In this document: positions 7,998 to 17,565 of the stretch, piece after piece
Layout: each line of letters begins with the position of its first letter
Numbering within the stretch: position 1 is the stretch's first letter
IMG/VR virus record: IMGVR_UViG_3300044940_000144
Coordinates: 1-64,000 of that record
DNA: 64,000 nt
Source of the DNA: a virus
Strand: one strand, 5' to 3'
Made by a program: the position numbers and the translations under genes
The notes under the pieces: generated by a model
Told to the model about the DNA's origin: nothing
Database searches by the model: none
Seen by the model: the letters and a program-made list of their open reading frames with translations, nothing else

Positions 7998-10661
7998 CTA
8001 GCGGCGCGGGGCGATCCTCGAAGCCAGGCTGGCGATCTTTTTGTTGAGACGCTGGCGCTCCGGTCCCGCAGGCATCCGATCACGCTGAGCCTTGAGCTTG
8101 CGGATCTCTGCCTCAAGCTCGGCCACCGTCATCGCCTTGCCGGGCAGGAGCGTACGCAGCATGTTGGCGATCTGGTTCGCCCGCTCTTTCGCGAACGGCG
8201 TCGCACGGGGGCGGACGCTTTTGTCATCCCGGTTGACGTCCGCAAGCAGCCGCGACACGGCTGCGGTGACCGCCTGACGGCTTTCGATCGGCTGCTCCTC
8301 GATCCTTTGCAGCAGGCGCTTGCGCGTTTTGCCAGCACGCTCGATCAGTCCGGTAAGCTTGTTGTACTCGCTGTTCCACGTGCTGTCGCGCTCGGACTCA
8401 GGTGTCGTCTCAAGCACCGCCAGACGGGCGCGCCGCTTGTCGAGCAGCTCCTCGGCGCGCAGCAGCTTGTCGACGTGCTCCGACACGATCTCGCTCGGGG
8501 TCTTGGGCGGCCCGACACGCGCGGGGCGACGCGGCAGGGGCTGAGGCTCTTCGTCGGTCAGGCGCCACGGGCGGCCCTTGAGGGAGCGATGGCCCCTGGT
8601 GCCCGTCGAGACACCGGAAGCCCCACCGTAGGTGCTCACGGCCCGCGAGCGGGGGGCGCCGCCTTTAGAGATGTCTTTGCCCATCATCGCGGCGGCGGCG
8701 TCGATTGCGTCTTTGGCCTCGCGTTCGGCTGCGCCGCCGTACCCGCCGACGCGGGACGTGGGGAACTCCGACCGAAGCTCGGGTTGCGTCGCCTGCCCGC
8801 CGACGCGCTTTTCGGGCTGGCTGGTGATTTTGCGTGCGCGCTTTCTGATGACGGTCGATGCCTTGTCGAGGATGTCGGACATCTCGATGTGGGCGTCTTT
8901 CAGGGCCCTGCGGTCGGCATCGGAGACGTCGTTTTTGTTGGCCCACAACTCGGCGGCGAGCCGGGACTTTTTGACGGCCGAACGAACGTCGTCCTCGGTG
9001 GCGATGCCCGATGACCTCAGTCGCAGGCCGATATCGCGGTGATAGACATCGACTGCAGGCACCAGGGCACCGAGGCGCTTTTGGTGCCTGACGACGGCGT
9101 CGACGACCTTCATCACCTGACGCGCCCGGCCGATGTCGGTGTTTTCGACGTCGGCGTCGACGATTCTCTCGGGATCCGGCTTCATCGCCACGTCACCGCG
9201 GACCGCGGACTTCTCGCGCGGACCACTGATGATCCACTTGTCCGCCATCAAAAGGCGCGCGGTCTCCCACGCGTGGGCCATGGCCTCGTCATCTATCTTG
9301 TCGTCGACGACATCGACGTCGTCGGTCGTTTCGCTCTTTTCAGGACGCTTCAGCCCCCGGGCCGCGAGCACGTCGTCGATGACCTCGTTCGGGGAGTAGT
9401 TGTCATTCTCCCAGGGATAGGGTTCGGTCCACCATGCGTTGAGCTTCCCGTCGACGATCGGTGGCGGATAGCTGCGCCGCTGACCGGGATAAAGCGGGTG
9501 CTCGGCGTTCTGGAAGATCGGGTTGACACGCGCGGCAAGGGCATCGATGTCGGCGCGCAGCATCTCGTCGGCGACCTTCGGGTCCACGCCCTCTTCGTTC
9601 ACCAGGGCTTCGCGCCTGGCGTGGATTCGGTTCCATTCGTCCCGGAAGGGCGCCCAGTTCACCTCGCCGAACCAGCGACGGGTGACGGCGTCGATCGCCT
9701 GGCGCAGACGATTTGCGGTACCCACACGGTTCTCGCGCCGACTGATGTGACCGGCCTCGGTGCTCTGGCGGTTCCACAGCGAACGCGCCAGGGCGATCTC
9801 GTGCTCGGTCGGCTCACCACGAAGCCCGCGCTTGGGGTGGCCGATGACACTCGTCTGCACCGCAAGCAGATCGCGCAGGCGCTCTATGTCATCGGGGCCG
9901 GTGATGTGGACACCGAACCTTTTCTCAAGACGACGACGGTGCTCGGCGATCTGCTCGCGCTGACGATCGGTCAGCATGGCGCGCTGCTTGTCGGTGAGCT
10001 TTTGGGTATCGACCGCTTCCTGGCGGGCCCGCTTTTTGGCCGCGATCTGCTCAAGCACCGACAGATCGTCGGTCCACGCGCGGATCTTTTCCCGGCGCGC
10101 CTGGTTGACGAGGGTGTCGCCGTGTGCCTGGGGGGCATTGCCTGAAAGATCGCGACCATGCACCCCCGAGACGACGTCGGAGGCCTTCGGGGCGTCGGCG
10201 GCCTCCGGAAGCTCCGGGACGTGAACGTCCTTTTTGCCGCCGCCGGGATTGTGAGCGAACTGCCCGCCGGTCCCGCCGGGCGCACCATCGGGCATGCGGT
10301 AATAGGAGATCCACTTTCCACGACGCAGCATGTGCATCAGCACCGATTCCCGCAGCGGGTCGGTGCCGTCGATCCCCGCACGGATCAGGCCACACACAAG
10401 TCGCACACGATTCTCGCCGGAGGTCGTCATCTTCTTTTTTGCGCGACTCGCCGCCAGAACCGCGAGCGCCCGCCGCCGGACGCGGGCCTTTTCTTCTGGG
10501 GTCAGATCAGACGAGTTCAGATACGCGAGCGCCGAACGGGCGTGCCCGACCGACCCGGGAGGAATCGGGAACTTGCCGCCATCGCGCTTGATGACCGCGT
10601 ACTTGCGGCGGGCACTCGCGGTGATGCGGCCTCCGGGGGTCATGATCTTTTCGCCACGCAT
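7998..10661 (-). CDS. Large putative head-associated/ejected protein
   Basis: 887 aa ORF in the head module; FPIP..HARSALAY (DUF6582-like) and RMPDGAPGGTGGQFA motif. Confidence 0.6.
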   Translation of the reverse strand: MRGEKIMTPGGRITASARRKYAVIKRDGGKFPIPPGSVGHARSALAYLNSSDLTPEEKARVRRRALAVLAASRAKKKMTTSGENRVRLVCGLIRAGIDGTDPLRESVLMHMLRRGKWISYYRMPDGAPGGTGGQFAHNPGGGKKDVHVPELPEAADAPKASDVVSGVHGRDLSGNAPQAHGDTLVNQARREKIRAWTDDLSVLEQIAAKKRARQEAVDTQKLTDKQRAMLTDRQREQIAEHRRRLEKRFGVHITGPDDIERLRDLLAVQTSVIGHPKRGLRGEPTEHEIALARSLWNRQSTEAGHISRRENRVGTANRLRQAIDAVTRRWFGEVNWAPFRDEWNRIHARREALVNEEGVDPKVADEMLRADIDALAARVNPIFQNAEHPLYPGQRRSYPPPIVDGKLNAWWTEPYPWENDNYSPNEVIDDVLAARGLKRPEKSETTDDVDVVDDKIDDEAMAHAWETARLLMADKWIISGPREKSAVRGDVAMKPDPERIVDADVENTDIGRARQVMKVVDAVVRHQKRLGALVPAVDVYHRDIGLRLRSSGIATEDDVRSAVKKSRLAAELWANKNDVSDADRRALKDAHIEMSDILDKASTVIRKRARKITSQPEKRVGGQATQPELRSEFPTSRVGGYGGAAEREAKDAIDAAAAMMGKDISKGGAPRSRAVSTYGGASGVSTGTRGHRSLKGRPWRLTDEEPQPLPRRPARVGPPKTPSEIVSEHVDKLLRAEELLDKRRARLAVLETTPESERDSTWNSEYNKLTGLIERAGKTRKRLLQRIEEQPIESRQAVTAAVSRLLADVNRDDKSVRPRATPFAKERANQIANMLRTLLPGKAMTVAELEAEIRKLKAQRDRMPAGPERQRLNKKIASLASRIAPRR

Positions 10662-10663
10662 CG

Positions 10664-11194
10664 CTACTCCACGAATGTCGCGTCGATGGCCGCCAAAAGC
10701 TCAAGCTGCTCGGCCTCGCTCATGACGTCGATCTGCTTTAGGTACAATCGCAGATTACCGTCTACCGTCATCGTCGCCGCCGCCTCGCGGATCACCTCGT
10801 CGAGGTCGGGCATGTCCGCGTGACGACGACACGCCGTGTACAGGACATCGACATGGCGGGGGCTGATGATGTCCGCCTCAAGGGCGCGCAGGGCCGCGTT
10901 CCTGGCCTGGGCGGCTTTTTCGATCGCAAGGCTCTCCGCCTTCTGCTTGGGATCCGAGCTCCTGCCGCGCCACTTGGTCGTACCGGCCCATTGGTCCTTC
11001 AGCCAAGCACACAGCGCCGCACAGTTTCCCCTGCACACCTCGGGGTGCTCGGTCTGGAGCCGCTTGACGCAGATGTGGTGCTTGCCACCGGCCCAGGTGC
11101 CGAACGCGCGGACGATGTAGCGGATCTTCCCGAACTGGCGCGGGTCGTGGCCACCCATCGAGCCGCCTGCGGCGGTCTCGATCAGAACTGCCAT
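10664..11194 (-). CDS. Hypothetical head-module protein
   Basis: KIRY..CVKRL..LCAWLKD..W motif resembling actinophage head-associated domains. Confidence 0.55.
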   Translation of the reverse strand: MAVLIETAAGGSMGGHDPRQFGKIRYIVRAFGTWAGGKHHICVKRLQTEHPEVCRGNCAALCAWLKDQWAGTTKWRGRSSDPKQKAESLAIEKAAQARNAALRALEADIISPRHVDVLYTACRRHADMPDLDEVIREAAATMTVDGNLRLYLKQIDVMSEAEQLELLAAIDATFVE

Positions 11195-11364
11195 GACCCG
11201 ATCCTTCGCTGGCGGGCTGACCTCACCATCGGATCTTGCAAAGCACGGGGTCCCGGCGGTGCAGCAGGGTTCGCACACGGCGTCGTGCCCGTGTAGGACG
11301 CTGCGACCAGATCGCCGCATTCACCCACGTCGCCAAATAGCACGGCGATGCCATCGATCACCAC

Positions 11365-11730
11365 CTAATGGCCTCCGAGCTGAGCACCGAGCGCTTTCGC
11401 CTTGGTGCCCGCGCGGTATCTGGACAGGGCCGCTGCGAACTGTTTGTTCGGCTTGGCGTCGGTGTAGCCCTTGTGCCGACGCGCCACCAGATAGCGGACA
11501 GCCACATCGAGCAGCTTTGCGTTTTTGGGGTCACGCGCCCACTTGTGGGTGGCGACGAAGCGCTCCTTGACCCGCTGAGCCAGGACCGAATCGACCTTGT
11601 GCGCAAGCTGGCCGGATGCGGCAGCGGCCTGGGCCTTGGAGACGAACTTACCGCCCGCCTTGGTGCCCTTGCCGCCACGGGCCACGGCGATCTTCTTGCC
11701 GCCTCTGATGACGTAGTACGTCTCAGCCAT
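11365..11730 (-). CDS. Basic hypothetical head-module protein
   Basis: RGGKGTKAGGKFVSK motif; Lys/Arg-rich. Confidence 0.55.
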   Translation of the reverse strand: MAETYYVIRGGKKIAVARGGKGTKAGGKFVSKAQAAAASGQLAHKVDSVLAQRVKERFVATHKWARDPKNAKLLDVAVRYLVARRHKGYTDAKPNKQFAAALSRYRAGTKAKALGAQLGGH

Positions 11731-12292
11731 CCAGCCGCTCCAGTGATCGAAGACCCCACGGACCGTCGTGGTCCTCATCATGACGGGGACCGCGAGCACT
11801 TTCCATCACGATGTGGGCTGCTTCGCGCTCGGTGCCCCAACCAGCCGCGTCAGACGCGGGTATGAGAGTGCACCGGCAGCCTGGATGCCGTAGCGGATGA
11901 ACCCTCTGCAGCACCGACCACGGCCAGTTGCGGCCCGCCATGAACAGGCACCCTTTCGTGTGGGTCTTGGCCGTGACATCCAGCAGCCAATAGGCGCCTT
12001 CGGGGGAGATCTCCCTGACCGCGTCAAACGCCTGGGCCGCCGCCATCCGCCTATAGGAGGCGACCAAGTGCTGCTGCTCGTATCGGTCCTCGGCGCGGGC
12101 TTGCTTGATGAGCGCGCGCCGACGGGCTTCGTTGGCGCGCTCGATGTCTTCGGGGCGATCGGACGCGGGCCGGATCTTGTCAGCAGCGGCCCTCATGCGC
12201 TTGCGGTGATTGCGCGCCATCGCACGGCGGCGCTTCGCCTCGATCTCGCGCTGCTTGGCGACCTGGCTTTTTGCGGGGTCGAGACTAGCCAC
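11723..12292 (-). CDS. MuF-like minor capsid protein
   Basis: YW..HTKGC..AGR..HPLRHPGCRC motif, downstream of portal. Confidence 0.7.
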   Translation of the reverse strand: MASLDPAKSQVAKQREIEAKRRRAMARNHRKRMRAAADKIRPASDRPEDIERANEARRRALIKQARAEDRYEQQHLVASYRRMAAAQAFDAVREISPEGAYWLLDVTAKTHTKGCLFMAGRNWPWSVLQRVHPLRHPGCRCTLIPASDAAGWGTEREAAHIVMESARGPRHDEDHDGPWGLRSLERLDG

Positions 12293-12505
12293 GCACCCTG
12301 CGTGCCAGCTTTCGAAGCTTCCGGGAAGGCCTCGCGCGATCCAGCCGGAAATCGATGGGTGCCAGCTTGGGCAGCTTTGCCCGGAACGACGAGATCTGGG
12401 CCGATCTTGCGCGGGGAGTCGTCTCCAGCCGTGGATTGGCCATGACCTGATTATCGCTTGTGCTCACGCTGCTCGGCTAGGCCGGGCACGAGTGCTTTTG
12501 CGCTT

Positions 12506-12694
12506 TTACCGGCGCTTTTGCCTTTTCGACTTCAGGATGGCGTCGATCATTGCCGAGGCATCCTCAAAATGCTCGGGGACTTCCTCGGGTTCCAGGCCGA
12601 GCTTGACGAGCAGATTGCGCTGCTTTTTGGTCGTCTTGCTCATTTTCGGCATGCGCGCCAATCGCGCTTTTTCCCAGCTGAGCCGTTGAGCCAT
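12506..12694 (-). CDS. Hypothetical basic protein
   Basis: ORF with TKKQRNLLVKLG..ASAMIDAIL pattern. Confidence 0.5.
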   Translation of the reverse strand: MAQRLSWEKARLARMPKMSKTTKKQRNLLVKLGLEPEEVPEHFEDASAMIDAILKSKRQKRR

Positions 12695-12762
12695 TGGTCG
12701 CTCTCGCTTGCTTTTTCGGCTTTCCGGCCAACTTTTTGGCTTTTCCGGCCGATTTTTCCTCT

Positions 12763-12883
12763 TTTTGGCCTTCCTTAGCCTTTTAGCTTCTCTTTTTCCC
12801 CTTTTGGCCTTCCTTAGCCCCTTAGCTTCCCTTAGCCCCCCTAGCTTCCCTTAGCCCCCCTAGCTTCCCTTGGCCCCCCTAGC
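12763..12883. repeat. Tandem 19-bp repeat (TAGCTTCCCTTRGCCCCCC x3) plus degenerate copies
   Basis: Copies at 12823, 12842, 12861; ttttggccttccttagcc x2 upstream. Confidence 0.85.
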
Positions 12884-13214
12884 GCCCCTTGCTTAGCTTG
12901 GCCTTGCGTTTTCGGAGCTCGGTTTGAGCCTGTCGAGAGGCGTACTGCGCCCAGTGCTGGGACGCAGTACAGGCCAAATAGCAGCGTTTTCCTTGCGTTT
13001 CCATCGCCCGGAATCGCCCGCCGTTTCGGCCGAGAGACTCGAACCCGCCCAGGTAACGCTTTACCGGGTGGGGGGTAACTCCCCCGCTCGTCTCCCCTGC
13101 GCTCGCCTCGCGGCGACGCTCACGGCATGTGTGGCACCCGCCCGCTCTCTCCATTTTGCGGACGAGCCCACTCTGGGTTTTGTGCCAACTGGGGGTCGTC
13201 GCGATGGCCCCCAC
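12879..13214 (-). CDS. Hypothetical Cys-containing protein
   Basis: ORF with CHTC and CYLAC. Confidence 0.4.
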   Translation of the reverse strand: MGAIATTPSWHKTQSGLVRKMERAGGCHTCRERRREASAGETSGGVTPHPVKRYLGGFESLGRNGGRFRAMETQGKRCYLACTASQHWAQYASRQAQTELRKRKAKLSKGR

Positions 13215-13515
13215 CGCCCCGGCGGTCCGTTGCGGCTTCCGGTATTGTCGCCCCGGACGGCTATGGCACTCCCAGTATCGTTCCGCTGGGCACTACAGAC
13301 GGCTGGCTGGGAGGAAAGGACGAGGCTACCGTCTAGGTCCGGCCTCCCATGAGCTTGCGCGTGACCCCCGTAATGCAGCCATACGGCCGAACCGTACCCG
13401 CCGGGCCTGTCACGACGCTCACTGTCATGCGCACCAGCATAGCACCAAGCCCACCGTGCTGTAAAGTGGCAATCGCGCGGGGAGACGGCGTGGTTCCCCC
13501 ACTCCCCGCGCCCCC

Positions 13516-13728
13516 CTAGCGCTCAGAGCACAACTGGAGGCCGCTGCCGCCGCACGAGGGGCACGTGACGGGCACCAAGCCCTCGCCATTGGGCGCCTGG
13601 ACAAAGATCCTCCGCTGCCCCCAGCAGATCGTGCACGGGGCGTAGATCGCCCCCGGCAAGGGGCGAAGGTGGCAGTTGCCGGTATGGGTGAACTGGGCTT
13701 GCCAGCCTTTAGACCGTACAAAGAGCAT
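13516..13728 (-). CDS. Small DnaJ-type zinc-finger protein
   Basis: CTICWG and CPSCGGSG. Confidence 0.6.
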   Translation of the reverse strand: MLFVRSKGWQAQFTHTGNCHLRPLPGAIYAPCTICWGQRRIFVQAPNGEGLVPVTCPSCGGSGLQLCSER

Positions 13729-13735
13729 CTAACCC

Positions 13736-15613
13736 CTAACGAGGGATGCCCCGGTTGTCCGGGACGCCACGGTTGGGATCAGCAGCCCGCTGACGCGCGC
13801 CGTTGGCCGTACGGGCCCGGGGGTACTCGGTCGCCGACATCAGGTCCTCAAGCTGCTTGGTGACGTTTTCGACTTCCTGGTTCGTCGGCTCCGGCGGGGC
13901 GTTTGCCGCCGCGGCAGCGGCGGCTTGCTGGGCCGCTGGCATCACATACCCTTCGGGGAATACGCGCTTGACGATCTCCTGCGCGTCGGTGCGCCCGAGC
14001 GCCAGCAGCACCTCGTTCATGCCCCATCGGGCCAGCTCGACGTTCTGAGTCGAGCTGAGCGCGGACATCAGCGCCGTCACCGCGCCGGTGATCGCCGCCA
14101 GGTCGCGATCCAGGATCGGGGGCATGATGACCTCGATCTCGACCTCGTCGGGGATGCCCGCTCGATCGAGCACGTAGCGGCACAGATCGTAAAAGCACTG
14201 CTCCCACAGCTCCTGGCGGGCCTCGACCTGCTTGCGGGTCGGCAGCTCCATCGCCACCGAGTTCGACAGGCTGGCCGAGTTGTCGCCGCCCAGGTACGGC
14301 ATCGGCCAGTTGACACCGGCCGCGATCATGCCCAAAAAGTTCTGCTTGTCGATCTGCGCCGTTCCCGCGCCGGTCTCGAAGCTCATCGGCGCGATGTCCA
14401 TGGACGGGGTGTGCACCAGCGTCGCCGCCTGGGGCTGAGTCACGAGCGGATCGCGCGTGGGTGTGCGGGTCAGCGCCAGCATGTCCCCGGAGGCGAACGC
14501 CTGCACGACACGATCGACCTCGGTGGGCCCGCCCTCGACACGCACCCGCTGGGCGATCTTGTTCATGGCCCGCGCGATGGCCAGCCGGGCCTCCATGAAC
14601 TCGTGCAAGCCCTTAGCCCACTCCAAGACCCGCCGAAGCTCAGACACCCCGCGCTGCTGGCGCGAGGTGGCGTTGATCTTCAGGTGCATGACCTTCGCGT
14701 CGCCGATCTTTTCCTGTGGCGGCGGGGGGTCATTCGGGCCGGGCTCGTTGCGCCAGTGCGGGTAGTAGCGGACGATCCGATCGGTGGACGTCACCCACTG
14801 CTCTGTCTGGTAGTCCCAGTGCTGCTCCTGGTAGCAGCGCACGTACCACAGCGGCATCTTGTCGTTGTCGCGCGAGGTGATGATCTCGGTGATCTCACTC
14901 GGGTCCAGGTCCGACAAGAGCAGGTTCGCCTCGCCCTCGGCCGGGTCATCGTTGTCGTACAGCAAAAGAAAAATCTCGCCGTCGAGCTGAAGCTCGGTCG
15001 ACTTCTGCTCCTGGGCCAGATGGCTCGTGAGCGTCTGCTGGTTCTCCGGCTGCTTCCAGAAGGCCTTCAGCGCTTTTTCGGCCTTGTCGAAGACCTCGTC
15101 GTCGATCTGGTCGTCGTCTTCGGCGCGAAGCTCCCGCAGACGGACATCGGCCTCTTCGACGTCTGCCTCGTCCGGCACGAACAATGTGCCGGGTGGCACA
15201 TCTTGTGTGCCGGGTGGCATGACCAAAGAGGCGTTTTCTGCCTTTACGTCCTTGTAGGGGCGCTTGACGGTCGGTGTCTGGACGCCACGGCCGAACGTGT
15301 ACCAGTTCATCAGGTTCACGGCCTGACCGACGATCGGGTCCTTTTGCCAGTACGCGAACGCCCGCCTGCTGATGCGCTTGCGGTCCTCGGGCCTTTCGTC
15401 TAGCTCGTTGGCCTTGTAGGACAGCAGCTCATAGGCCATGTCCTCCAGGCGCCGCTCCATGATCCGGCGGGCGTTGTAGTCGTCGGCCGCCGCCTCCTGG
15501 AAGCGCGACAGGTCCTGCTGGAGCTGGTCGATGCGCTCAAGCAGATGCTCGCTGCCGTCGTCCGGCGACTGGGTCTGGGAAGGCGCTCCTAGAAGGCGGT
15601 CGAGAAATCCCAT
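13736..15613 (-). CDS. Portal protein
   Basis: 625 aa; YWQKDPIV, TFGRGV, LQLDGEIF, RGVSEL, RQELW; lies between terminase and MuF. Confidence 0.85.
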   Translation of the reverse strand: MGFLDRLLGAPSQTQSPDDGSEHLLERIDQLQQDLSRFQEAAADDYNARRIMERRLEDMAYELLSYKANELDERPEDRKRISRRAFAYWQKDPIVGQAVNLMNWYTFGRGVQTPTVKRPYKDVKAENASLVMPPGTQDVPPGTLFVPDEADVEEADVRLRELRAEDDDQIDDEVFDKAEKALKAFWKQPENQQTLTSHLAQEQKSTELQLDGEIFLLLYDNDDPAEGEANLLLSDLDPSEITEIITSRDNDKMPLWYVRCYQEQHWDYQTEQWVTSTDRIVRYYPHWRNEPGPNDPPPPQEKIGDAKVMHLKINATSRQQRGVSELRRVLEWAKGLHEFMEARLAIARAMNKIAQRVRVEGGPTEVDRVVQAFASGDMLALTRTPTRDPLVTQPQAATLVHTPSMDIAPMSFETGAGTAQIDKQNFLGMIAAGVNWPMPYLGGDNSASLSNSVAMELPTRKQVEARQELWEQCFYDLCRYVLDRAGIPDEVEIEVIMPPILDRDLAAITGAVTALMSALSSTQNVELARWGMNEVLLALGRTDAQEIVKRVFPEGYVMPAAQQAAAAAAANAPPEPTNQEVENVTKQLEDLMSATEYPRARTANGARQRAADPNRGVPDNRGIPR

Positions 15614-15617
15614 TTAT

Positions 15618-15683
15618 CGAATGACCCCCGAGAAAGCCCCTGCCTTCAGGCATGGGAAGGAATCGGGGCTACACGCGTCGCTG
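15618..15683 (+). mobile_element. Isolated IS200/IS605 left-end copy
   Basis: 15621-15683 equals the reverse complement of 24096-24158 with one mismatch; preceded by TTTAT (intact element: TTTAC). Confidence 0.9.
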
Positions 15684-17141
15684 TTTGCGCTTTTTTTGCT
15701 CTCGCTTTTCGCGGGCGATCTTGTCTTTGAGGATCTGGATCATCTGCGAGTCGCCGGGATCGAACCCCTCGTGGACGGCGAGCCAGTCTTCTTCACTGTC
15801 AAGAGCAAAATAGACGCGATCTGAGATGACGTCGCTCCTTGACAAGCCTGCGTCGCGCAATGCCCGGGCGGCTGCCTTTTTGTCCGGCTGAGCCGCTATC
15901 CAGGCGCCGATCAGGCCGTGCCCGTAATCTAGGCCCCCGTATTCCTTTTTCACGCGCTTTACAAGGTCCTTCGCGCTCTCATCGCCGACCTTTATGACGC
16001 TGAGCTTCGGAGGGGCGTCGTCTCGGCCGACCACCTTCACGTGCAGCAAGCGCTGCCCGTATTCATCCACGTCGTTGGATATGACCTTCAGGCGCATATT
16101 GCGGCCGATCAGAAACTCGTCGAGGAGCCCCATGCCCATGTTGTCTGGGAGCATAGTGCTGATCTCGCCAGCGTGAGTTCCCCGTGGCACGTCGATCACC
16201 ATGACGGCTTCTGCATCCGAATAGAGCGCGCGATCGTCCGGGTACGTCGAGATATACGCCGGGTCGGTGTATACGGTGCCAGGCTTGAGCTTTTCCATCC
16301 ACGACGTGTCGCCCTCGACCCTGCGGGTCACCACTTGGTCGTAGGAGGTCGGTTCCTCGGCCAAAAGGGCGTCGAGGCCTTCGATGGTCTTGAAGATGCT
16401 TTTTTCTTCGTGGGGGAGAACCTCACCACGTCGCAGCGCGGTGTTGATGCGGTACGAGCCGCCGATTCCCATATAGTCGAGGGCAGCTCGCTTTTGTTCT
16501 TCGTAGCTGATCGTTTGTGGGTAATCGTCGTCAAGCAGGTCGAACAGATCGCTGACGTCTTCGATGGCTTCCCGGTCACCCAAAAGCGAGGAGAGCTGGT
16601 CCTCCACCTTGCGCTTAGCACGTTTCAGTGAGCGGGATGCGTTTTGATTGCCGATCAGGTCGGCAAAGTCGATGCGCTCATCCCACTCATTTCTGATGTT
16701 GTCCAGGTCGATCGATGCCTTTGTAAGACGCTTACGCGACGCCGACGGGATCTTATCTTTTCGGATACGTCCTTTTTCGACGTCCTCATAAGTTTGTGCA
16801 ACGGCGTCGGCGTACCGGCGGGCGGCGTCGGAGTAAAGATCCTGCAGGTCCTTGTCGCTGGCGGTGAGGATTGCGTTGTGGCGCCCGCGGGGTGAGACCT
16901 CATCGAGCGTCTTGCCGCGCAGACGGGGCGGACCCTCCCGGATAAGGCCGCCCTTTCCCAGGTAGACATGCGTGCCCTTGATGGTGCGCCAGCCGATGTC
17001 GCCGGGCTCGATGTGCCAGTTGATGCCACCGGGGATGTTGGCAAGGCGGCGGCGAGCCTCTAACAGCAGCGTGACGACGGCGGCCTTGTCTTGCAGGATG
17101 CTTCTGCGATTCCTGCCTTGGGTTGTGCGCACGCCGCGCAT
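15669..17141 (-). CDS. VIP2-like ADP-ribosyltransferase
   Basis: Y..SYRINTALR, VVTRR (R), AYIST, DEFLIGR (catalytic E); N-terminal WRTIKGTHV motif. Confidence 0.8.
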   Translation of the reverse strand: MRGVRTTQGRNRRSILQDKAAVVTLLLEARRRLANIPGGINWHIEPGDIGWRTIKGTHVYLGKGGLIREGPPRLRGKTLDEVSPRGRHNAILTASDKDLQDLYSDAARRYADAVAQTYEDVEKGRIRKDKIPSASRKRLTKASIDLDNIRNEWDERIDFADLIGNQNASRSLKRAKRKVEDQLSSLLGDREAIEDVSDLFDLLDDDYPQTISYEEQKRAALDYMGIGGSYRINTALRRGEVLPHEEKSIFKTIEGLDALLAEEPTSYDQVVTRRVEGDTSWMEKLKPGTVYTDPAYISTYPDDRALYSDAEAVMVIDVPRGTHAGEISTMLPDNMGMGLLDEFLIGRNMRLKVISNDVDEYGQRLLHVKVVGRDDAPPKLSVIKVGDESAKDLVKRVKKEYGGLDYGHGLIGAWIAAQPDKKAAARALRDAGLSRSDVISDRVYFALDSEEDWLAVHEGFDPGDSQMIQILKDKIAREKREQKKRKQRRV

Positions 17142-17144
17142 CTT

Positions 17145-17516
17145 TTATGCGACCAACGCGGTCGTCTCGGACACGTAGATCTCCCTGCCCGTGCCCGCGC
17201 AGCCGTCGCAGGGCCTTTCGTCCATGTAGACGAGACCTGACGGGCTTATGCGCTCGAACTTCTCGATTCCGGTGCCCAGGCACTCGCGACAAGCCACCTT
17301 GCGGGGGTTTCCCTGAGCCGCCTGCACCGCCGGGTCGTGCTCTTTGTCGGCGATCCACGCCGGGCAGCGGTGGTATTCGCTTGCGCACCACCCGGCGACG
17401 GTGCGGGGGTTGTCCCGGAAGGCGAACACCCGGTTTTCGATCTTGCACATGACACATGCCCGCCCGTCACGCTCCACATAGGAGCCAGCGGGACACGCGA
17501 TGGGCGGATGCGACAT
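17145..17516 (-). CDS. Cys-rich protein with DnaJ-type zinc finger
   Basis: CRECLGTG and CDGCAGTG; TAAGAT-7nt-ATG. Confidence 0.65.
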   Translation of the reverse strand: MSHPPIACPAGSYVERDGRACVMCKIENRVFAFRDNPRTVAGWCASEYHRCPAWIADKEHDPAVQAAQGNPRKVACRECLGTGIEKFERISPSGLVYMDERPCDGCAGTGREIYVSETTALVA

Positions 17517-17565
17517 GCTTGCGATCTTAGCCGTTCCCTTGCGGTCGGAATAGTCTGCCGGGGGC

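Noticed and set aside
13370-13460. Twister-like words (TAATGCAGC, CAAGCCC) on the plus strand
   Set aside because: Could not build P1/P2/P4 or the pseudoknots; the region is better explained by a minus-strand promoter
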